A stretch of DNA of 64,000 nt, from assembly GCA_009392915.1 (NCBI GenBank), contig CP045477.1, positions 768,001 through 832,000 of the forward strand, given 5' to 3'. Of the stretch, positions 58,841-64,000 are shown piece by piece. Source of the stretch: Candidatus Forterrea multitransposorum CG_2015-17_Forterrea_25_41. GTDB taxonomy: Archaea > Iainarchaeota > Iainarchaeia > Iainarchaeales > CSSED10-239. Position 1 is the stretch's first letter. Each line of letters begins with the position of its first letter. The notes under the pieces were generated by a model, which was not told where the DNA came from, searched no databases, and was given only the letters and a program-made list of their open reading frames with translations. The position numbers were made by a program, and so were the translations under genes.

Positions 58841-60976
58841 ATGGTTGAAAAAAAACAAGACTCAATTAAACTAAAAGTACAAGAAGCTTCTGAAGATTTT
58901 GTAGGTAAAAACATAGTTAAGCTTGACATTATGGTTAAGCAAAAGCTAAATATAATTTCAGGAGATATTATTTTAATTAAAGGTGATGATTTTACCGCTG
59001 CACAGGTTTGGCCTGAAAAAAATAAAGCTGGTGAAGAAAACATTATTAGAATGGATCAATACACTAGAAAAAATGCTAATGTATCTATTGGTGATTTTGT
59101 AACTATTAAAAAAATAGAACCTGTTGTTGCAAAAGAAATTGTTTTAGCACCTTTAAAAGAAGTTAATTTATTTTCTGAAAATCAAGATCTTATTATTAAA
59201 AAGAATTTTTTAGGTAGACCTTTTGTTAATGGTAACCATGTAATGATTAATATTTTTGGTTCAAATTATCTTTATGAAGTTACAAACACATCTCCTTCAA
59301 AAATAGTAATTCTTTCAGAAGAAACAAATCTTATTATAAATAAAAAACCAGCTTCTAAAAAAGAAATTAAACAAATTATTGGTTATGAGGATGTTGGAGG
59401 GTTAAAACCTGAAATTGAAAAAATAAGAGAAATGGTTGAGCTTCCTTTTAAATATCCTGAATTTTTTGAAAAATTAAATGTAACTCCTCCAAAAGGAATT
59501 TTACTTTATGGACCTCCAGGAACAGGAAAAACTTTACTTGCAAAAGCTTTATCAAATGAACTTAAAGCAAACTTTATAGGTATTGATGCTCCACAAATAA
59601 TGGCAAAGTTTGTAGGCGAAGCTGAAGAAAAATTAAGAAATATTTTTAAAAAAGCACAAGCAAAAACACCTGCAATTATTTTCATAGATGAAATTGATGC
59701 AATTGCTCCTAAAAGAGATGGGTTTATTTCTGAAGTTGAAAAACGTGTTGTTGCACAACTTTTAGCACTTATGGATGGTACTTCTTCAAGAGGGGATGTA
59801 ATTGTAATTGGTGCAACTAATAGACAAGATGATATTGATCCAGCACTTAGAAGACCTGGAAGATTTGATAGAGAAATTGATGTTAATGTTCCAAATGAAG
59901 AAGGTAGACTTGATATTTTAAAAATACACACTAGAAATGTACCTTTAGTAAAAGATGTAAACTTAAAAAAAATAGCCCAAGTAACTCATGGTTTTGTAGG
60001 AGCTGATCTTTCTGCTTTAGTTAAAGAAGCTGCAATTATTGCAATTAAAAGTAAAATTTCTGATATTTCTTCTCCTAAAAAAGAAATTTCTTCAAAAATT
60101 TTAGAAAACTTAGCAATCTCTAAAGAAGATTTTGAAAAAGGTTTAAAAGTAGTTCAACCTTCTGCTTTAAGAGAAGTTTTTGTTGATCTTCCAAATATAA
60201 ATTACTCTGATTTAGGAGCTTTAAAAGAACAAAAAGAAACTCTTTCTGAAATAATTAATCTTTCTCTTGAAAGAAAAAGTCTTTTACAAAAATATAATGT
60301 TAAAACCATTAAAAATATTTTAATTTATGGTCCTCCAGGAACTGGAAAAACTTCTTTTGTAAAAGCAACTGCAAAAGAACATGGTATTAATTTTTTATAT
60401 GTTAAAGGTCCTGAAATCTTTAATAAATGGGTTGGAGAATCAGAAAAAACAATTAGACATATTTTTAAAAAAGCTAAATCTGTCGCTCCTTCAATTTTGT
60501 TTTTTGATGAAATAGATTCTCTTACTCAAAGACATGATGATTCTATTGGAAACATAAAAGTTCTAGATCAACTTTTATCTGAACTTGATAATTTAGCTGG
60601 AAAAGATGTGTTGTTTATATGTGCTACAAATAGACCTGAAATTATAGATAAATCTTTTTTAAGAAGTGGAAGAATAGATAAATTTATGGAATTTAAACTT
60701 CCTACAAACAAAGAAAGAAAAGAAATATTATCCCTTCTTTTATCAAAAACTCCACATGAAAAAATAGATTTAGATGAGATTGTAAATCTTACAAATAATT
60801 TTTCTCCTGCAGATTTAAATCTTTTAATTACTGAATCTGTATTTTTAACTTTAAAAGAAAATAAGTATAAAGAATCTAAATTAACAAAAGAAGCTATCTT
60901 AAAAACTTATTCTAAATTAAAAAATAAAGTCTCACAAGGTCAAGTTCTTTCAGGAATATCTAAATATGTTAATTAA
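58841..60976 (+). CDS. cdc48: CDC48/VCP-like AAA+ ATPase with two AAA domains
   Basis: Two Walker A motifs (GPPGTGKT), two Walker B motifs (IIFIDEID and ILFFDEID), and an N-terminal double-psi barrel-like domain. Confidence 0.9.
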   Translation: MVEKKQDSIKLKVQEASEDFVGKNIVKLDIMVKQKLNIISGDIILIKGDDFTAAQVWPEKNKAGEENIIRMDQYTRKNANVSIGDFVTIKKIEPVVAKEIVLAPLKEVNLFSENQDLIIKKNFLGRPFVNGNHVMINIFGSNYLYEVTNTSPSKIVILSEETNLIINKKPASKKEIKQIIGYEDVGGLKPEIEKIREMVELPFKYPEFFEKLNVTPPKGILLYGPPGTGKTLLAKALSNELKANFIGIDAPQIMAKFVGEAEEKLRNIFKKAQAKTPAIIFIDEIDAIAPKRDGFISEVEKRVVAQLLALMDGTSSRGDVIVIGATNRQDDIDPALRRPGRFDREIDVNVPNEEGRLDILKIHTRNVPLVKDVNLKKIAQVTHGFVGADLSALVKEAAIIAIKSKISDISSPKKEISSKILENLAISKEDFEKGLKVVQPSALREVFVDLPNINYSDLGALKEQKETLSEIINLSLERKSLLQKYNVKTIKNILIYGPPGTGKTSFVKATAKEHGINFLYVKGPEIFNKWVGESEKTIRHIFKKAKSVAPSILFFDEIDSLTQRHDDSIGNIKVLDQLLSELDNLAGKDVLFICATNRPEIIDKSFLRSGRIDKFMEFKLPTNKERKEILSLLLSKTPHEKIDLDEIVNLTNNFSPADLNLLITESVFLTLKENKYKESKLTKEAILKTYSKLKNKVSQGQVLSGISKYVN

Positions 60977-61632
60977 ATTATTCCTGAAAATAACAAATAT
61001 CCACCAATTGAGATTGCCATTAAGATTACCCATAAAAAAGGGCTCCATAAAAATATAGCTTTTCCATCAAGTGGTCCGAATGGTAGTAAATTAAAAAAAG
61101 AAATCCATAAATTAATTAATATTCCTAAAGATAAAATCATTCCAACAATTGTACTTTGAGTTGTAATTATACTTGCAAGTAAAACAAAGATTCCTGCTAA
61201 AATAATATTTGTGATTGGTCCTACAGCAGAAGTAATTCCATTTTCTTTAACAGAAAGTCTTTTTCCAAAAATATATACTGCTCCAGGAGCTACAAAAACA
61301 AAACCAAAAATAAATGCAAAAAAAACTGCAAAATATAAAGGTCCATTCCATTTTACAAATTTTGCTTTTGCACCATAATATATTCCTGCATATTTGTGTG
61401 CAAGTTCATGTAAAATAAAAGCAGTTCCAGTTACAACTAAGCTAACAACTAAAAATAATATGAAAGTAATTATTGAAAAATCATTAAAGTTTGAAAGATT
61501 AAATAAATTGTATCCTCCTAACACTAATGCAAAACATAAGGAAATTCCAAGCCAAGCTATAACTATATCTTTAATTTCACTTGTGTTTTTAGGTTTCATT
61601 TCAATTTTATCTTCAAAAAAATCTTCACTCAT
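60973..61632 (-). CDS. Site-2 protease family (M50) membrane metalloprotease
   Basis: HExxH in a TM segment (FILHELAHKYAG) and a C-terminal NLLPFGPLDG motif. Confidence 0.7.
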   Translation of the reverse strand: MSEDFFEDKIEMKPKNTSEIKDIVIAWLGISLCFALVLGGYNLFNLSNFNDFSIITFILFLVVSLVVTGTAFILHELAHKYAGIYYGAKAKFVKWNGPLYFAVFFAFIFGFVFVAPGAVYIFGKRLSVKENGITSAVGPITNIILAGIFVLLASIITTQSTIVGMILSLGILINLWISFFNLLPFGPLDGKAIFLWSPFLWVILMAISIGGYLLFSGII

Positions 61633-61650
61633 ATTTATTTCACGTCTATT

Positions 61651-62400
61651 TTAGATATCTATTGTAGGAAACAGTTTTAAAAAGTTATTAATGATTTTTT
61701 CTTTTACTTTTTCTAAAGGCATATTATATTTCTTTGAAAAAACTTCATATGATTCTTTAATACTTTCAATAGTTGTTTCTTTTCCATTTTGCCATACAGG
61801 AAGATCTGTTTCAATAAATATTTGATCTAAATGTTTTTCAATATTTTCAATCTTTGGTTTTGCAAATCTTTCGGTTAAAAAATATCCTCTAGATAAGGCT
61901 TCTTCAATTTCTTCTTTTTCAGCTGTAAACCAATGAAGTATAGTTTTAACTTCTGGATATGATTTTAAAATTTCTAAACTTTCTTTAACAGCTCCTCTAG
62001 TATGTACTACTATTGGTTTTTTTAAAGTTGCTGCAATTTCAATTTGTTTTCTAAATAATTTTTCTTGTAATGAAATATTAAAAGGATTTTCTGTAATTTT
62101 TTTATCCATTCCAATTTCACCAATAACAAGTGCTTCACTAAAATCTATTTCTTCAAGATCTCGTTCTATTTTTTCAAAATCTTTTTTTAAAACATTATCA
62201 GGATATAATCCATATCCAAAATAAAGATTAGGTATATTTTCAGCTTTAATTTCAAGATATTTTCTATAATCTTCTATGTTTGTTGACTGTGCAATAGCTA
62301 TTAACGGTTCATTTGTAAATTTTTGTTTGATATCTTGAATAGTTATTTGATCATAATGACAATGCATGTCAAGATAATGCTTATATTTGTTTGTTTGCAT
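61651..62400 (-). CDS. tatD: TatD-family metal-dependent hydrolase
   Basis: N-terminal DMHCHYD, internal HWFT, C-terminal FIETDLP. Confidence 0.65.
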   Translation of the reverse strand: MQTNKYKHYLDMHCHYDQITIQDIKQKFTNEPLIAIAQSTNIEDYRKYLEIKAENIPNLYFGYGLYPDNVLKKDFEKIERDLEEIDFSEALVIGEIGMDKKITENPFNISLQEKLFRKQIEIAATLKKPIVVHTRGAVKESLEILKSYPEVKTILHWFTAEKEEIEEALSRGYFLTERFAKPKIENIEKHLDQIFIETDLPVWQNGKETTIESIKESYEVFSKKYNMPLEKVKEKIINNFLKLFPTIDI

Positions 62401-63000
62401 ATATTATATATGGTTCAATTTAATTATAAAGATTTTCTTTTAAATCTTTCAAAAGAGGTTTATCCTCCCTTAGAAGACACTTTTTTAATGTTAGATTCTT
62501 TAGAAAAAGAATTTGTTAAAAATGATAAATCTTTTTTAGAGATAGGTTCAGGTTCTGGAATAATTTCTTTAAAGGCAGCATCTTTTTTTAAAAAGATTAC
62601 ATCTATAGATATTGATGAAAATGTAATTAATCATTTAAATTTACTTAAAGAAAAATATTCTTTAGACAACCAAATAATTATTCAATCAGATTTATTTTCT
62701 GCAATTGAAGATGAAAAATTTGATTGTATTGTTTTCAATCCTCCTTATGTACCTTCAGAACAAATTGAAGTTCTTTCAACTGATGGTGGAGAGGAAGGTA
62801 GTGAAATAATTTTAAGATTTATTTCTCAATTACCTAATTTTTTAAAAAAGAATGGTGTCTGTTATCTTTTAGTTTCTTCTCATAATAATCTTGATGAAAT
62901 TTATTTTGAATTGAAATTTAACAAATTGAAATTTGAACCAGTTTCTGAAAAAAACATATTTTTTGAAAAATTAATTGTTTTAAAAATAAGTGATCAGTAA
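62323..63000 (+). CDS. N5-glutamine methyltransferase Mtq2/HemK-like (release-factor methyltransferase). The likely start is MVQFNYKD... at about 62410.
   Basis: SAM motif EIGSGSGIISL and substrate motif FNPPY. Confidence 0.7.
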   Translation: MFDILNSYLIIMTMHVKIMLIFVCLHILYMVQFNYKDFLLNLSKEVYPPLEDTFLMLDSLEKEFVKNDKSFLEIGSGSGIISLKAASFFKKITSIDIDENVINHLNLLKEKYSLDNQIIIQSDLFSAIEDEKFDCIVFNPPYVPSEQIEVLSTDGGEEGSEIILRFISQLPNFLKKNGVCYLLVSSHNNLDEIYFELKFNKLKFEPVSEKNIFFEKLIVLKISDQ

Positions 63001-64000
63001 TGCCTGCAAACGTATCTTTTGAGTTTGCTTTAGCTCAAAAAAAATTTGATGAAGCTAGAAATGATGAAGAAAAGATAATTGCTCTACAAGAAATGATTTC
63101 TCGTGCTCCAGCTCATAAAGGGGGTGAAAACTTAAGAAAAGATCTTTCTAGAAAACTTGCTGCTCTAAAATCAAAAATGGAAAAGCAAGCTATAACTGCA
63201 GGAAAAAGAACTGGAAATACAATTAATATTAAAAAAGAGGGTGCTGGACAAATACTTATTTTTGGAGCTGCTAATTCAGGTAAAAGTACTTTTTTAACAG
63301 AATACACAAATTCTAAACCTTTGATTGCAGCATACCCTTATACTACTAAAAAACCAGATGTTGGTATTTTAAATTACGGTGGTGCTTTAATACAATTAAT
63401 AGAACTTCCTTCTTTTCTTGAAAGACATGAACTTACTCCTCAAATTTTTTCTATGATTAGAGTTTGTGATGCATTAGTTTTATTAATAAAAGATGGATCT
63501 ATTGATGAGTTAAAATATTTAATTTCTATTCTTGAAAAACAAGATGTTTTTGTTACAAAGAAAAAACCAAATATTCAAATTTCTAAAAGTGAATTTTCTG
63601 GAATTTCGTTTGTAAATGATCATTTTCTAAAAGTTCCAAAAGATCAAGCAATTGAAATTTTAAAATCTTCTGGTTTTAGAGCACATAATATAATTTTAAA
63701 TCAAACCACTCATTTAGATGATTTAATGCTTTTAATTAATCCAAGAGCATCTTATAAATCAGTTATTGTTGTGTCTATGCCATTTACTAAATCTTTTAAA
63801 GATGTTTTTTATTATAAACAAATACCTATTTATGATTTTTCTTTAAAACAAGAGGTTACATTAAAAATATTTGAAATTTTAGAAAGTGTAATTGTTTTTA
63901 CGAAAAAACCTGGACAAAAAGTAGACAAAACAGAACCATTAGTAATAGATAAAGGTAATACTGTTTTAGATGCTGCAAAATTAATTCATAAAAACTTTTA
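63001..64000 (+). CDS. DRG-family (Obg-like) GTPase with a C-terminal TGS domain; 3' partial (runs off the window), absent from the ORF track
   Basis: Own translation from the ATG at 63001 gives MPANVSF...HKGGENLRKDLSRKLAALKSKMEKQ, G1 ILIFGAANSGKSTFL, G2 YPYTTKKPDVG, and a TGS-like region KPGQKVDKTEPLVIDKGNTVLDAAKLIHKNF. Confidence 0.65.

Overview
This 64 kb window is very AT-rich, tightly packed archaeal chromosomal DNA with short intergenic spacers. Several start codons in the ORF track appear to be TTG or GTG, so some annotated 5' ends are probably over-extended. The gene content points to a small-genome (DPANN-like) archaeon.

Core machinery present:
- Replication: both DNA polymerase D subunits (DP1 and DP2), Orc1/Cdc6, primase large subunit PriL.
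- Transcription and translation: EF-1alpha, ribosomal proteins uS10, eS1 (S3Ae), uS15 and eS17, RNA polymerase subunits K and L, TFE, NAC.
- Protein and RNA quality control: CDC48, Pelota, Bud32, exosome protein Csl4.
- tRNA modification: Elp3, Trm56, Taw3, Dus, ThiI.
- Secretion: SecDF, signal peptidase.
- Other: a bacterial-type MutS-MutL pair and a bacterial-type iPGM.
- Four tRNA genes: an initiator tRNA-Met on the minus strand and a tRNA-Lys(UUU)/tRNA-Lys(CUU)/tRNA-Phe(GAA) cluster on the plus strand.

Accessory-looking content:
- A tyrosine recombinase at the left edge, followed by a small gene bracketed on both sides by ordered arrays of the 8 bp palindrome GTAATTAC and ending at the initiator tRNA. 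This is the most unusual structure in the window. It looks like an iterated-operator or iteron-like module, possibly from an integrated element.
- Two proteins with archaeal type IV pilin-like class III signal peptides. One is 777 aa and carries DNA-level tandem domain repeats and a C-terminal glycine-rich module.
- A minimal exosortase/archaeosortase-like membrane protein.
- A giant (1162 aa) coiled-coil surface protein.
- NFACT-N and NFACT-R domains encoded as separate genes 36 kb apart. The NFACT-R gene lies beside pelota and cdc48.
- PRC-barrel paralogs and SepF.

No CRISPR array, rRNA gene or obvious transposase was seen. A 3' truncated DRG-family GTPase gene that the ORF track missed runs off the right edge (63001..64000).
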